From a virus (Duplodnaviria; Caudoviricetes): a stretch of 64,000 bases of DNA. This document shows, piece after piece, positions 35,562-45,646 of the stretch. The translations under genes were made by a program, and so were the position numbers. How positions within the stretch are numbered: position 1 is the first letter of the stretch; each line of letters begins with the position of its first letter. The notes below the pieces were generated by a model. It was not told the origin of the DNA, ran no database searches, and saw only the letters and a program-made list of their open reading frames with translations. The stretch is taken from IMG/VR virus record IMGVR_UViG_2974663217_000001, positions 5,062 to 69,061 of that record, one strand, 5' to 3'.

Positions 35562-35813
35562 ATGGCCACAAGTCTGGGGATTAGGTCCACGCTGAGCCTT
35601 GGGGGTTCGGGGACCGTATCGGGCACTTCACGCGGTTTGTCCGGGGCTGGTTTGCGGCTCGCTGACAACGCGTTCCTCAAGTGCTGCCGCCGCTGCGGCT
35701 GCACCTATGAGACGGCCACCCGCCGTCAGCCAGTCATGAAGCTGTGCCAGGACTGCAAGTTCGTGTTGTCAGCCGAGGAACGCCGCGGCTACATGGACCG
35801 GGTGGCGAAATGA
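35562..35813 (+). CDS. Small zinc-finger-like protein
   Basis: CRRC...CQDC. Confidence 0.6.
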   Translation: MATSLGIRSTLSLGGSGTVSGTSRGLSGAGLRLADNAFLKCCRRCGCTYETATRRQPVMKLCQDCKFVLSAEERRGYMDRVAK

Positions 35814-36118
35814 GCGAGGCCAAGCCGGTTTGGCGGGGCAAGGGTCCGCACAGTGTCAAGGGCACGGCCATGGAACCGGAAGCGGACAAGATCACGGCGG
35901 CTTACCGTGAAGCGCTGACTAGCGTTGCCGAGCTCATGGGGCGGCGTGAACTGTTGATTGAGAAGACCAGTTTTCTGAGGGGCAGGACCGAGTACACGCT
36001 GAATTACGCGACGTGTGGGCACCTGTCGGACCTTGAGAAAATGGCTTTGGCGCATGGTGGCATTCCCTCGTGGGGCGGCTACGTGCAAGGCATCCGGGTG
36101 ACGGTTTTTACTGACTGA
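35810..36118 (+). CDS. Hypothetical protein
   Basis: ATGA overlap at 35810. Confidence 0.65.
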   Translation: MSEAKPVWRGKGPHSVKGTAMEPEADKITAAYREALTSVAELMGRRELLIEKTSFLRGRTEYTLNYATCGHLSDLEKMALAHGGIPSWGGYVQGIRVTVFTD

Positions 36119-36270
36119 TCACCGCTTGACCCTGCACCACACCCGTTAGACCACCACCGCACGACACAAGCACCACCAAAGGGGGGGATTCCATGCCACT
36201 GCATGCTGACGTGGAATCCCCCACTGTGTCGCGCCCACGCCCGTTCACCAGCGGGGGAAAGACGCCGCCA

Positions 36271-36723
36271 ATGTCAGGCAAGGACACACGCGCCTACATC
36301 ACCGTGACCAACGAACTATTCGACCACCCCAAGTTCAAGCGCATCAAGAACCCTTGGGCGAGGCTGCACCTCATTGAGCTTTGGACGTACTGCAACAGGT
36401 ACAAAACCGATGGGGTCATTGACGAGGACGCCCTCATGGAAAAAGGGGACGACGTGGGCGAGGAACTGCTAAAGCGGGGATGGGTTCACGGACCAAACGC
36501 CGATGGGGACTACCTCATGCACGACTACCTCAAGCACCAGAAATCCAAGGCTGAAATTGAGGGGCTGACCAAGACCAGGACGGCCGCCGCCGGGTACGGA
36601 AACCACAAACGCTGGCATGAAGCCAACGAGGTTTTCGAGCCCTCTTGCGGGTACTGCACCGGGGAATTGGACCCTCCGCAGACGAAACGACGCAAAACCA
36701 GCGCTGGCCCCCATTCCAGCTAA
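36271..36723 (+). CDS. Replication initiator-like protein, N-terminal DNA-binding part (alternative start 36193)
   Basis: YITVTNELFDHPK...LWTYC---KTDGVI...HDYLKHQKSKAEI...GNHKRWH, the actinophage RepA-like pattern. Confidence 0.7.
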   Translation: MSGKDTRAYITVTNELFDHPKFKRIKNPWARLHLIELWTYCNRYKTDGVIDEDALMEKGDDVGEELLKRGWVHGPNADGDYLMHDYLKHQKSKAEIEGLTKTRTAAAGYGNHKRWHEANEVFEPSCGYCTGELDPPQTKRRKTSAGPHSS

Positions 36724-36769
36724 CACACAGCTAATCCCAAGAAACACACAGGAAACTCAAAGGCGATTT

Positions 36770-36925
<156 letters not shown>

Positions 36926-37037
36926 CAAAACAGTGCGTCTCACCTATCGCTGTTGTTGAGGTGGGGAAATCTGAAATCGTCCAGTTAGTTAACGCGCGAG
37001 CCACACCAAAACACACCACACGAGAGGAAAAACCAGA

Positions 37038-37298
37038 ATGGAAGGCATGAGCAACGCGGCCACCGCCCTCATGGCAGCCGCCACCGTCCACCAGGGGAGG
37101 AAAACCCCACCCGCCGCCGTCAAACTCCTAGCCGACTCATTCAAGAACTGGTTGGACGAACAAGACAACGCATGGCAACGCGTCCACCGCGTCAAATGCC
37201 CCACCTGTTCAGCAGCCCCCGGCAACGTCTGCCGAGACACCCGCGACCAAGCCCCCATGACCCACCCCCACGCAACCCGAAAGGCAACAGCCAAATGA
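37038..37298 (+). CDS. Zinc-finger protein (CPTCSAAPGNVC...H)
   Basis: RBS GAGAGGA; domain type usually found at the C-terminus of actinophage initiators. Confidence 0.7.
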   Translation: MEGMSNAATALMAAATVHQGRKTPPAAVKLLADSFKNWLDEQDNAWQRVHRVKCPTCSAAPGNVCRDTRDQAPMTHPHATRKATAK

Positions 37299-38002
37299 GC
37301 CATAGCCATGACACCCCCACACCAGCGCAATCCACAGCCGGGGAAAACCCTGTGGAAAACCCCGTAAACGACTTCCTCAGAGGACTGGCAGCCGGGGCCG
37401 TCACCCCAGTGGAAGCCCTGACCATGACCACCGAGCTATTGACCGGCCTCACGGAACTGGTCCCCGAGGACGCCCGGGAACGGCTCACGCGGCTTTCTGA
37501 GGCAATTACGGGTAAGGGTGACACTGACGCTTCCCGATTCCGGGAAATCGCCACACAGCGGCTCGACGCTTCCCGGTGGATGGAACAGGGGCAGAGGGCC
37601 GAGGCTAAGGCCGCCGCCATTGAAGCCATGACCCCCGAGGAATGGGCGTTGTCCGTGACGTTGCGGGAAGCGGAACAGGCCAAGAAATCCGCGGAACGGC
37701 AGGAAGCCCGGGACGGCGCAATTTGGGTGGATATCACCACTGAGGTGACCGACACCGTGCGGGTGACGAAAGAGGAAATGACCGCCGCCGGCTGGCACCA
37801 TGAGAGCGAGTGCAATCTGGGGTTCACGGACGCCATGGACCCGGGAGAAGTTGCCGTGCTGGCCACGGTTACCCACCACGCTTTGCAGGACTACCACGAC
37901 ACGGCGCACCGGGTCACCTCGTGGGCTAACTGCCCTCATGAGCCTTGCCGGTCCTTGCCTGAACTCGCCAAGGTCTACCGGGCGGGAGGTGCCCACGCAT
38001 GA
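37295..38002 (+). CDS. Hypothetical protein
   Basis: Start ATG 37295 overlaps the upstream stop; RBS GAAAGG. Confidence 0.7.
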   Translation: MSHSHDTPTPAQSTAGENPVENPVNDFLRGLAAGAVTPVEALTMTTELLTGLTELVPEDARERLTRLSEAITGKGDTDASRFREIATQRLDASRWMEQGQRAEAKAAAIEAMTPEEWALSVTLREAEQAKKSAERQEARDGAIWVDITTEVTDTVRVTKEEMTAAGWHHESECNLGFTDAMDPGEVAVLATVTHHALQDYHDTAHRVTSWANCPHEPCRSLPELAKVYRAGGAHA

Positions 38003-38067
38003 GCATTCGGGAAGCGCGCGACGTTGCCGGGGTGATCCACAAGTAACCAATTTTGGGGGTGTGTGCG

Positions 38068-38100
38068 AAAACAGGCACGCGCCCCCATATGTTGGGACTA
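38068..38100 (+). promoter_or_regulatory. Class I promoter
   Basis: AAAACAGGCAC 38068-38078, TATGTT, predicted start site A38100. Confidence 0.7.
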
Positions 38101-38132
38101 CCAGCACTTGCCACAACGAAAGCAGCAACCCC

Positions 38133-38573
38133 GTGAAACTTACGCACCGTGACCACGAGTTCAACACCGTGGAACTGGCCGAGCTCCGCAGCTTCACCAT
38201 CGAAACCCGCAACGGGGCACGCCTCACCGTAACCGAGAGCGCAGACGGCTCGCTCTACGTCCAAGAGGGCAGCCACCGCAGCCTCCGAATCGTGCCCGTA
38301 GTCGCCAACGCCGTCCGCCTCGAAATCGTGGACCCGTTCCTCGAGGCAGCCGCCCCCATGACCCCCATCCCAGACGTTCAAACCCTCGCCAAAGTCGCCC
38401 CGGGATCCACGGTCTACAGCATCAAAAATCGGAAATGCTGGACTTGGCACGGCGGCACCACCAGCCCCCTGTTTGCGACCACCAACATTGGATATGAGGG
38501 CGAGACATTCACGGACCTTGCCAAATTCTGGCAGTCCGAGGCGCCCCTACTACTGGCAGCCAAGCCCGAATGA
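38133..38573 (+). CDS. Hypothetical protein
   Basis: GTG 38133 downstream of the class I promoter; 3' part of track ORF 37800-38573. Confidence 0.65.
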   Translation: MKLTHRDHEFNTVELAELRSFTIETRNGARLTVTESADGSLYVQEGSHRSLRIVPVVANAVRLEIVDPFLEAAAPMTPIPDVQTLAKVAPGSTVYSIKNRKCWTWHGGTTSPLFATTNIGYEGETFTDLAKFWQSEAPLLLAAKPE

Positions 38574-38983
38574 AGCCCTACAACCGCGAGGCCGCCGTCG
38601 ACGCACTGGCGGACATGATCAACGCCCTAGACCAATTCGGGGACAACCCAGCCCTTGTGTTCCAGGAATGCGAGCATGGCGGCGTAACCGTCGTGGATTC
38701 CGGGCAACTCGTGGCCGAGAACGTCCTAGTGACCCTCCACCCCATCATTGAGAACCAGGAACAGCTAGACGCCCTTGGGATAGGTTCCGTGGTCATAGAC
38801 AGCTACCGGGACGAGCTCAACGGCGACGTTTACCGCTCCGCCCTCAGCGGGGGCCGCGTGGTCTGGTTCCAAGCCGGCCCACAAGGCGCATTCCACACCA
38901 TCAAATTCCCCGCCATGGTCCTACACAAAAGCAACGGCCCCAGCGCCACGGACCTGTTCCTGCAGGGACTGATCAGCGAATGA
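38570..38983 (+). CDS. Hypothetical protein
   Basis: ATGA-coupled operon. Confidence 0.7.
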   Translation: MKPYNREAAVDALADMINALDQFGDNPALVFQECEHGGVTVVDSGQLVAENVLVTLHPIIENQEQLDALGIGSVVIDSYRDELNGDVYRSALSGGRVVWFQAGPQGAFHTIKFPAMVLHKSNGPSATDLFLQGLISE

Positions 38984-39177
38984 CCCAATGGGCGGCACAC
39001 ACGGACGGCAGCCCCGTGCACGTATGGCCGCTGAAAGACCTTGTGGAGCATGACACCGAAGACGACGACGGCGGGTGTGTCTGCATCCCACGAACCGAAC
39101 CCGTACCCCGCGAAGACGGCACCATTGGATGGGTGCTAGTCCACCACTCACTAGACGGCAGAGAGGCCCACGAATGA
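38980..39177 (+). CDS. Small conserved phage protein (H/C-rich)
   Basis: VHVWP--DLVEH...C-C-P...WVLVHHSLDGRE. Confidence 0.75.
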   Translation: MTQWAAHTDGSPVHVWPLKDLVEHDTEDDDGGCVCIPRTEPVPREDGTIGWVLVHHSLDGREAHE

Positions 39178-39662
39178 CCTACGACCTGACACCCCTGGAC
39201 GGCATGCGAGAACGCGCCAAGTCCACCACAAGCCACCTGTTGCGCACCCTTAACGTGGAAGCCAACCCATTGGCCAAGGACTACGCCGTAATGCTGGACG
39301 CCAACCGGCTAAACGTGCTGGCCCTGTTCGAGAACACCAACGCCGCCGGCACCTTCCAAACCCCCGTGATCAAACTCGAAAACGCGGAAGCCATAGTGGC
39401 CGCCGCCCGGGACGCCCACACCCTCATGCGCTTGGTGGACGCGATCCGGGAGAAGTTCCAGCACGAGGCCCAACAACTGCAAGCCACGTCAGGGCAGCTA
39501 TCCCGCGAGGCACTACGCCCCCACAAGTCAAAGGCAGACAAGGAATCCGCATTTGAGGACGCAGCCCGTTACCGGCACTACTCCACATGGGCGGACAGTG
39601 TTGTGCGCACCCTAGACAAGCTCATTTCCGAAATCCTGAACCCGGAAGGCCCCAAGTCATGA
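39174..39662 (+). CDS. Hypothetical protein
   Basis: ATGA-coupled start at 39174. Confidence 0.7.
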   Translation: MTYDLTPLDGMRERAKSTTSHLLRTLNVEANPLAKDYAVMLDANRLNVLALFENTNAAGTFQTPVIKLENAEAIVAAARDAHTLMRLVDAIREKFQHEAQQLQATSGQLSREALRPHKSKADKESAFEDAARYRHYSTWADSVVRTLDKLISEILNPEGPKS

Positions 39663-40849
39663 CCCTTGACCACCTCACAGACCCCCAAGGCATCAAAGCC
39701 ACCGTGAACGCGATTTATGACGGCGGACGGCAACACCCCCTAGCCAACCTCGCGCGCATAATCGACGGCGCAATATCCGACGCCCAATTCCAAGGGCTTG
39801 CACAGTTCGACGTGGCCCGGTGGGTGGCCCACGTGATCACCGAGGACCAGAAACTGCGCCTTGCTGAATTCGATAAGACCGCGCCCCACGGCAAACTTGT
39901 GGCCAACCCCAGCATGGCCAAGCCTGTTGGCGGCATCGTTCCAGACAGCTACCTTGCCAACCTGCCCGTGTTCGACCTCAGCAAGGAAGCCATTGCCGAG
40001 GTACTGGCCCCCAACCCGGGACCGGCAGCCCGGGCAATCATCCAGGAAATGGGGCCGGGAGAATTCCAACGCCTCAAAGACAAGCACCTGACCCCGCCAA
40101 CCACTGAGGCACCAACCAAGTCAGCGACCACCCCAGACCCCAAGCTAAGCCCCGAGGCGCTGGGCATGATCCAGCAAGCCCCCCGGCCCGGGCTGTGGGA
40201 CTTCCTCAAAGACTTACCCACGCTGCCCCCGGTCAAGACAGGCGACCAGCCAAGCATGTTTGAGGCGTTCAAGGCCGGGAAGCTGACCTACGGGGAAGTG
40301 CCCGAAATGCCGCCGTTCCCCAAAATGGCCTTTGACCTGATCCCGGCCATGCCCGAGGAAATCAAAGCGAGCTTGGACGCAGCCGCCGAACAGCTACGCG
40401 AGGGCATGGAACAGGCAGCCAAGCACGTGCGTGAAAAGATCACCGCCGCGCAAACCGAGGCAGCCAGGAAGCTGCTGGCCGAACAACCCCACGAACACAT
40501 TTACGGGCGCGGGTCCAACGGGATATGCCGGATATGCGGCCACGAGTCCAACAGCCGCCGCGCGAGGGCCAAGCGCCGCGCAATCCACAACGAACAAGCC
40601 AAAGCCGCCCGTCAATACCCGCAGCACCAGCGCGGGGAAACTGTCACGGCGTCCAGCATCGGCCCTGACGGGGCACGCATCACCAAGCGCGGCACCGTAC
40701 TGAACCCAGCAGACCACACGGGCATGGTTGGTGTTGTCTGGGAGGACCAGGAACCCGGCACCCACTCAGCGGTCCACGTCCTGTCCTTGAGCGCCCCCGC
40801 GTCCCGACTCCACGAGGCGCTGAAAGCGAAAGGCGACGGCGGCGAATGA
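39659..40849 (+). CDS. Hypothetical protein
   Basis: ATGA-coupled start at 39659; long ORF with Pro-rich middle and HEH-Y...CRICG motif. Confidence 0.7.
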   Translation: MTLDHLTDPQGIKATVNAIYDGGRQHPLANLARIIDGAISDAQFQGLAQFDVARWVAHVITEDQKLRLAEFDKTAPHGKLVANPSMAKPVGGIVPDSYLANLPVFDLSKEAIAEVLAPNPGPAARAIIQEMGPGEFQRLKDKHLTPPTTEAPTKSATTPDPKLSPEALGMIQQAPRPGLWDFLKDLPTLPPVKTGDQPSMFEAFKAGKLTYGEVPEMPPFPKMAFDLIPAMPEEIKASLDAAAEQLREGMEQAAKHVREKITAAQTEAARKLLAEQPHEHIYGRGSNGICRICGHESNSRRARAKRRAIHNEQAKAARQYPQHQRGETVTASSIGPDGARITKRGTVLNPADHTGMVGVVWEDQEPGTHSAVHVLSLSAPASRLHEALKAKGDGGE

Positions 40850-41121
40850 CGGCGAAAATTCAAGAGGCCATTTACGCGCACTGTAAGCCGTGTGACGTGC
40901 GCAGCGAGGTGGGCATAACCCGGGCTGAGGCCAACGCATGGGCGCACGAACACAACGTAAATGAGCATGCCGAGGACGACCGCCCCAAGTGCCGGCACTG
41001 CGGCCACACCATTTGGCAGAAAAAGCCACAGTCCGAGTGGAAGCACACGGACGGGCGCGCCAAAGGCAAAACCTCATGCGACCTACTGGGGCCACCATAC
41101 TCATGGGCGGAACCCGAGTGA
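40846..41121 (+). CDS. Cys/His-rich hypothetical protein
   Basis: CKPC and CRHC motifs; coupled start. Confidence 0.65.
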   Translation: MTAKIQEAIYAHCKPCDVRSEVGITRAEANAWAHEHNVNEHAEDDRPKCRHCGHTIWQKKPQSEWKHTDGRAKGKTSCDLLGPPYSWAEPE

Positions 41122-41315
41122 CCTGGGACATTGCGCGCGCGCTGCTGTTTGCGTCCGTTCTCGCGTTGACTGTGGCCGGTTGGCTGACGTTCTTTGAACT
41201 GGTGACCTCCAAAGCGGTGCCACTCGCTAACTGGAAGTCCCGGGGCGCTGCTATTGCGTTCACGGCTGGGGTGCTGCTGGGCATTGTGTCATTCCTCGTG
41301 GGGCTTGCCCGGTGA
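41118..41315 (+). CDS. Small 2-TM membrane protein
   Basis: GTG 41118 overlaps the upstream stop; two hydrophobic helices. Confidence 0.65.
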   Translation: MTWDIARALLFASVLALTVAGWLTFFELVTSKAVPLANWKSRGAAIAFTAGVLLGIVSFLVGLAR

Positions 41316-41671
41316 CCGATGAACTGCCGGGGCTGTGGGGCGATCCCGAACCGCCCCCAGCCCCGCGAGCTCTGCCGGTGTCGTGGGACGGTATCCCCAT
41401 GGAATGGCGGGAATGGCACGCTGAGAACCAAATCACGATATGCCCGCCCATCCCCCGCGAGCCGTGCCCCCACTGCGGCTTTGACGACGCGCCCCGGTCC
41501 ATGTGCCGGGGCGTCCGGGTGGGTTCCAGGCTGCTGGGGCCACTCTTTGCGTTCCGCTGCCAAGCCTGTGGCGGCGACACCGTGCACGACCTCCAAGCCG
41601 GCGATACATGGATCCTTGAGCTAGACGACTACGGGCCGGAAGGGTCCAACAACGTCAGGATCATTGACTAA
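41312..41671 (+). CDS. Zinc-ribbon hypothetical protein
   Basis: CPHC...RCQAC. Confidence 0.7.
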   Translation: MTDELPGLWGDPEPPPAPRALPVSWDGIPMEWREWHAENQITICPPIPREPCPHCGFDDAPRSMCRGVRVGSRLLGPLFAFRCQACGGDTVHDLQAGDTWILELDDYGPEGSNNVRIID

Positions 41672-41701
41672 AACAGGCACGCCCCGGGAGACACTGAGAA
41701 T
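41670..41701 (+). promoter_or_regulatory. Class I promoter, leaderless
   Basis: AAAACAGGCAC 41670-41680, GACACT, ATG 41702. Confidence 0.75.
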
Positions 41702-41920
41702 ATGACCACTCCGATAAGCCCCAAGGCTGCCAGGGCGCTTCACGATGCTGGCGTTCCGGGCGTTCCGCCGTTCGTGGCCCTCGCCGGTAGGCCGGTGCTG
41801 TCCAAGCAACTGTTCCCGCCGCCGCTGACCACCGACTGGCGCCGCATCCCCCTGACCAAGTGCCCCGAATGCCCCAAGCTCATGCCAGCCCATCAAGAAA
41901 GGTGCAACGCCCATGTTTGA
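41702..41920 (+). CDS. Hypothetical protein
   Basis: Leaderless start fits the promoter; CPEC motif. Confidence 0.65.
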   Translation: MTTPISPKAARALHDAGVPGVPPFVALAGRPVLSKQLFPPPLTTDWRRIPLTKCPECPKLMPAHQERCNAHV

Positions 41921-42089
41921 GCCTGAACCCAAAGCCGAGGTGGAGAAAACCACCGTGCCGCGTCGCTGGCGCGCCTACTGCGAAACCCACCAGGACGGCT
42001 GGAACGGCACCAAACGCACCGCCGAGAAATGGGCTGCCAAGCACAACGCCGAACACCACAAGGAAACCCATGTTGAGCCTGACGCGTAA
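41913..42089 (+). CDS. 58-aa hypothetical protein
   Basis: RBS GAAAGG; MFEPEPKAEVEKTTVPRRWRAYCETHQDGW...; below the track cutoff. Confidence 0.55.
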   Translation: MFEPEPKAEVEKTTVPRRWRAYCETHQDGWNGTKRTAEKWAAKHNAEHHKETHVEPDA

Positions 42090-42264
42090 AGAACGGGAAC
42101 GTAACCTCGTTTGCCAGCACTGCGGGCGCCGCCTGATCCGCAACACCAGCCCCCAGCCCCGATGGGCGCGCGCAATGCCAAGGCCCGAATGGCTGCACAA
42201 CGCCAAGGACTTTGACCCGTCCAAGCCCATTGACTGCTTCACCCCCGAGCCCAAGAAAGACTGA
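42070..42264 (+). CDS. Small hypothetical protein
   Basis: RBS AAGGA before ATG 42070; CQHC motif. Confidence 0.6.
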   Translation: MLSLTRKERERNLVCQHCGRRLIRNTSPQPRWARAMPRPEWLHNAKDFDPSKPIDCFTPEPKKD

Positions 42265-42266
42265 CC

Positions 42267-42782
42267 ATGCCTGAATTCGCCACAGCACGCCAACGCATCA
42301 ACGAGTTTTTGCGGCAACAAAAGGCGTTGCACCGCACCGTCATTGTTGACGTTCACACAGACCCCAACGCGCATATGGCCGCGCTCACCGTGCCTGACCT
42401 TGAGGAAGTCCTGCAGACCAGCACCGGGCTGGATTCCTGGACGTACTTCTACGCGTTCCACGCCGCGTTTGCCGCCCTCCGATCCCATGAGACATGGCGC
42501 ATGGCACGAGGCGAAGACCTGACCGGCAACGGCAAGAACATTTCCCACAAAGTCACCTGTGTGGGCTGCCCAACCGGCTGGCACACCTACGCGTTGAGCG
42601 CGGAAGACGCCCGCGAGCTATTCACCGGCCACCAAGCCAACATTGTGGCCACCCACTTGCGTGACGCCTTCCAGAACCCCGACAAAGCCGAGGAAGAACG
42701 CCTGATCCTTGACCTGGCATGGCACGAAGGCCGGGACGCTTCCGGCAGCGACGCAAGCCCCTACGCACCAGAGGAAGACTAA
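42267..42782 (+). CDS. Hypothetical protein
   Basis: Operon packing. Confidence 0.7.
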   Translation: MPEFATARQRINEFLRQQKALHRTVIVDVHTDPNAHMAALTVPDLEEVLQTSTGLDSWTYFYAFHAAFAALRSHETWRMARGEDLTGNGKNISHKVTCVGCPTGWHTYALSAEDARELFTGHQANIVATHLRDAFQNPDKAEEERLILDLAWHEGRDASGSDASPYAPEED

Positions 42783-43643
42783 ATGACCGCCACAGCTATT
42801 GCCGCCGCCCTGAAAGCCCACCCTGACTGGGGATTCCGCATGCTTGAGAACCGGGTTACGTGCACCGGCCCGGGTTGCGATTGGAAGCACGACGACGCGG
42901 GACTCAGTGAGCCAGCTGAAAAGCTGTTCCGTGCCCACCTGGCTGAGGAAATCAGCAAAGCCGTGACCGGCGCACCCGTGGAGCTCACCACCAAGCCACT
43001 GACCATGAACAGCACGCAGCGCGAGGAAATGCTGAGGGGCTTCAACTTCGACGTGAAAGCCGGCAAGCTCACCCTTGTGCATGACCAAGGGCTATACCGG
43101 CACATCACCTTCCGGCCCCGATCCGGTAATTTCTGCTGGTTCGACATCATCACCAGCCCTGGGCAACTCACCATCAGGGGCGACATGGGCGACTACGTGT
43201 TCGCCCGGGAACCGGACATGCTCCGCGATTTCTTCCACCGCAACGTGAACCCCAGCTATTGGGCCGAAAAAGTGCTTGCCCAAGACGTGAACAGCCCCGT
43301 GAGGGAATACAGCTTCGACAGGTTCAAAGCAAGCGTCCTGCACGATTTCTGGTACGACCGCGAGAACTACACGCCCGAGGAAGCCCGGGCGCTGTGGGAG
43401 GAAATCCGCACAACCGGCCCCCTGGATGACTACGCCGATAACCAGCACATCAACGGCGCCATTGATACCCTCCAAAACTTCCGCGCCGAATCGGTGTCCG
43501 GGTTCCAGTTCGACACCCACGGATATGAGGATTTCGAGGACTACGGCCACCACTTCCTTTGGTGCTGCCATGCGATCTTGTGGGCCGCCCGTGCGTATCG
43601 TGAACATGACCAAACCAAACAGCCGAAAGAGGCCACCCCATGA
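42783..43643 (+). CDS. Conserved phage hypothetical protein
   Basis: HDQGLYRHITF...WFDIITSPGQLTIRGDMGDYVF...YWAEK...F-WCCHAI-WA, a widespread family of unknown function. Confidence 0.8.
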   Translation: MTATAIAAALKAHPDWGFRMLENRVTCTGPGCDWKHDDAGLSEPAEKLFRAHLAEEISKAVTGAPVELTTKPLTMNSTQREEMLRGFNFDVKAGKLTLVHDQGLYRHITFRPRSGNFCWFDIITSPGQLTIRGDMGDYVFAREPDMLRDFFHRNVNPSYWAEKVLAQDVNSPVREYSFDRFKASVLHDFWYDRENYTPEEARALWEEIRTTGPLDDYADNQHINGAIDTLQNFRAESVSGFQFDTHGYEDFEDYGHHFLWCCHAILWAARAYREHDQTKQPKEATP

Positions 43644-44080
43644 CCATTGCCCCAATCACCCAAGCCGAAATAGACAACGTGGTGGTGACCCGCGAGGGCA
43701 GCACCTTGCGCGCCACCACGGACCTGCTCAAGGTCACTGCGTCCATGGAGGACAGCCCCGCAACCATCCGGACCCGGGCAACCCTCCTGTTGGCACTTGC
43801 CAACTACATTGACAACCCTCCCTTGCCGCCCTTTGAGTTCCCCAAGAGGCACGCGGCCGTGATAGTCGCCAACACCCCCATGATTGACGGGCGCACCTAC
43901 CCGGCCCGGTTCACCCGCATTGAAGATAGCGGCTGGTTCAGCGCCGCCTACGGCTGGAAAACCGAGGACGCCCTACGCCGCGACTTTGAAAACCTCCGCG
44001 TAGTCTTCGAGGGCGTGGAACCGGACCCCACCATTGAGGGCGAACCACCCGCCCCCGGCGAGCAAGCCGTAACCGAATAA
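43640..44080 (+). CDS. Hypothetical protein
   Basis: ATGA-coupled; followed by a terminator. Confidence 0.7.
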   Translation: MTIAPITQAEIDNVVVTREGSTLRATTDLLKVTASMEDSPATIRTRATLLLALANYIDNPPLPPFEFPKRHAAVIVANTPMIDGRTYPARFTRIEDSGWFSAAYGWKTEDALRRDFENLRVVFEGVEPDPTIEGEPPAPGEQAVTE

Positions 44081-44083
44081 CCC

Positions 44084-44123
44084 AAAAGCCCCGTGACGCA
44101 TCCCACACTGTCGCGGGGCTTTT
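44084..44123 (+). terminator. Intrinsic terminator
   Basis: AAAAGCCCCGTGAC ... GTCGCGGGGCTTTT. Confidence 0.8.
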
Positions 44124-44166
44124 GCATACCCTCAGCCCACCAGCGCAAGACAAAAGAGGTTGAGAC

Positions 44167-44388
44167 ATGGCAAAGACGCCCCACCGAGTAGTCCACCTAA
44201 CCAAGTGCTATGACTGCGCCACCCTCGTGGAAGAACCAGTCCGGGGCGCATTCGAGATAGCCCTATGCGCCAAACACCGGGACTGTGTTGGCTGCCCAAT
44301 TCGGGCACTCCCGAAAAAACAGGCACAAGTGCTGACACTGTTGGACTATGACAACCGAACAGACCCCGAACAACCCCAAGCCGCGTAA
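44167..44388 (+). CDS. Small Cys-rich protein
   Basis: RBS AAGAGG; CYDC, C--H-DC motifs. Confidence 0.55.
   Translation: MAKTPHRVVHLTKCYDCATLVEEPVRGAFEIALCAKHRDCVGCPIRALPKKQAQVLTLLDYDNRTDPEQPQAA
44316..44347 (+). promoter_or_regulatory. Class I promoter, leaderless
   Basis: AAAACAGGCAC 44316-44326, CACTGT, ATG 44348. Confidence 0.7.
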
Positions 44389-44851
44389 ACGCCAATACCT
44401 TGTGACCATTGAGGGCGAGGACATGGACCCGGAAGACCTCCAAGGCGTCGTGAACCTCGCACTGATCGACGGCGGCGCCACCGTGGAAGCACTCCCGGGC
44501 AATGTGGGCGGCATGCCCTTGCTGTGGGACGTGGACGCGCCCCCGGGCACCCTTTCCGTGGTCAACTACCAACAGCCCAACCCCTACGGTCATGTGGAAG
44601 TAGTCCAGGAAGACGGCACAAGCCGCCCTGTTGAGCCGGGGGAAATCCTGACCAGCGAGGGGCTACAACGGGGATTCACTCACCCGCAACGGTTCAGCGT
44701 GGAAACAGAAGACGGCGGCATCATTGGCAGGTTCCGCACCCGCGAGGAAGCCGACAAAGCCGCCGAACGCTGGAACCAGCAAGACACTGTGAACGAGGTA
44801 TACCCCGCGACCGTGCGCGACCTCAGAGAGGAAACCACCAATGCGGACTGA
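44348..44851 (+). CDS. Hypothetical protein
   Basis: Start matches the promoter spacing. Confidence 0.7.
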   Translation: MTTEQTPNNPKPRKRQYLVTIEGEDMDPEDLQGVVNLALIDGGATVEALPGNVGGMPLLWDVDAPPGTLSVVNYQQPNPYGHVEVVQEDGTSRPVEPGEILTSEGLQRGFTHPQRFSVETEDGGIIGRFRTREEADKAAERWNQQDTVNEVYPATVRDLREETTNAD

Positions 44852-45215
44852 ACCACTGCCCCACGAAGACCCGGTGCTGTTTGAACTCGCACGGGACATT
44901 TTCATTGCGGACAACGCCGCTGCCAGGTTCCCCCACAAGGAATGGGAGGAAGTCCGCGAAACCCACACAGCCTACGCGTTCGGTATCGCCGCCGGTCTGA
45001 TCCGACGCGGCTACCACAAGAACGACGTTGTGCGCGTGGAGGAAGTCCGGACCATCATTGGCGACCTGATCGACCCGGACCCGTGCGACAGGGACCACGG
45101 CGGCGGCTGCCAAGCCCATGGATACATTGGCCTTGGGCTGTCCGCGACGTGCCCCCAGCAAGTCGCCAAGGACTGGCTGGAAGCTCACCCGGGTGGGGAC
45201 GCTGCCAAGGATTGA
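44841..45215 (+). CDS. Hypothetical protein (DPDPC--DH-GGCQAHG motif)
   Basis: RBS GAGGA; Cys/His motif. Confidence 0.7.
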   Translation: MRTEPLPHEDPVLFELARDIFIADNAAARFPHKEWEEVRETHTAYAFGIAAGLIRRGYHKNDVVRVEEVRTIIGDLIDPDPCDRDHGGGCQAHGYIGLGLSATCPQQVAKDWLEAHPGGDAAKD

Positions 45216-45219
45216 GCGC

Positions 45220-45453
45220 ATGAAAGACCAAGAACAAGAGGAAAGAATGGGAATGGATCGACTACTAACCCTCGTGGCCATGCTGCTGGCCCTCGCCGGA
45301 ATGCTCGCCCTGTTCGTGGCCGCCATATGGGTGGGGGACTGGCGATATGCCCAACTCGGTGGCCTCGCCGCCCTCGTGGCGTTCGGCTTCATGGTCCTAA
45401 TGGGCCACCTCACCGTGAAAGCCGAAAAACAAGCACGCAAAGCGGGACAGTAG
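45220..45453 (+). CDS. Small 2-TM membrane protein
   Basis: Two hydrophobic helices; start 45220 or slightly downstream. Confidence 0.65.
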   Translation: MKDQEQEERMGMDRLLTLVAMLLALAGMLALFVAAIWVGDWRYAQLGGLAALVAFGFMVLMGHLTVKAEKQARKAGQ

Positions 45454-45457
45454 AACC

Positions 45458-45646
45458 ATGGACAAACAACACCCCGACATTCCCACCACCTCACCCCTGC
45501 AAGCCGACGCCATAGGCATGTTTGAGGTGGTAAAGGCCATGACCGCCGCCGGTTTCACCGAGGACCAAGCCTTCCGCTATATCGCCATACGCGGCGCCAC
45601 CCTTGACAAGGCACCCAAGTGCCCCCACTGCGGCGGTGACGTGTGA
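45458..45646 (+). CDS. Small hypothetical protein
   Basis: F--AGFTEDQAF motif and CPHC end. Confidence 0.7.
   Translation: MDKQHPDIPTTSPLQADAIGMFEVVKAMTAAGFTEDQAFRYIAIRGATLDKAPKCPHCGGDV

Noticed and set aside
36163-36195. GACACAAGCAC, a near match to the class I box before the initiator gene
   Set aside because: Two mismatches and no -11 A at the conserved spacing.
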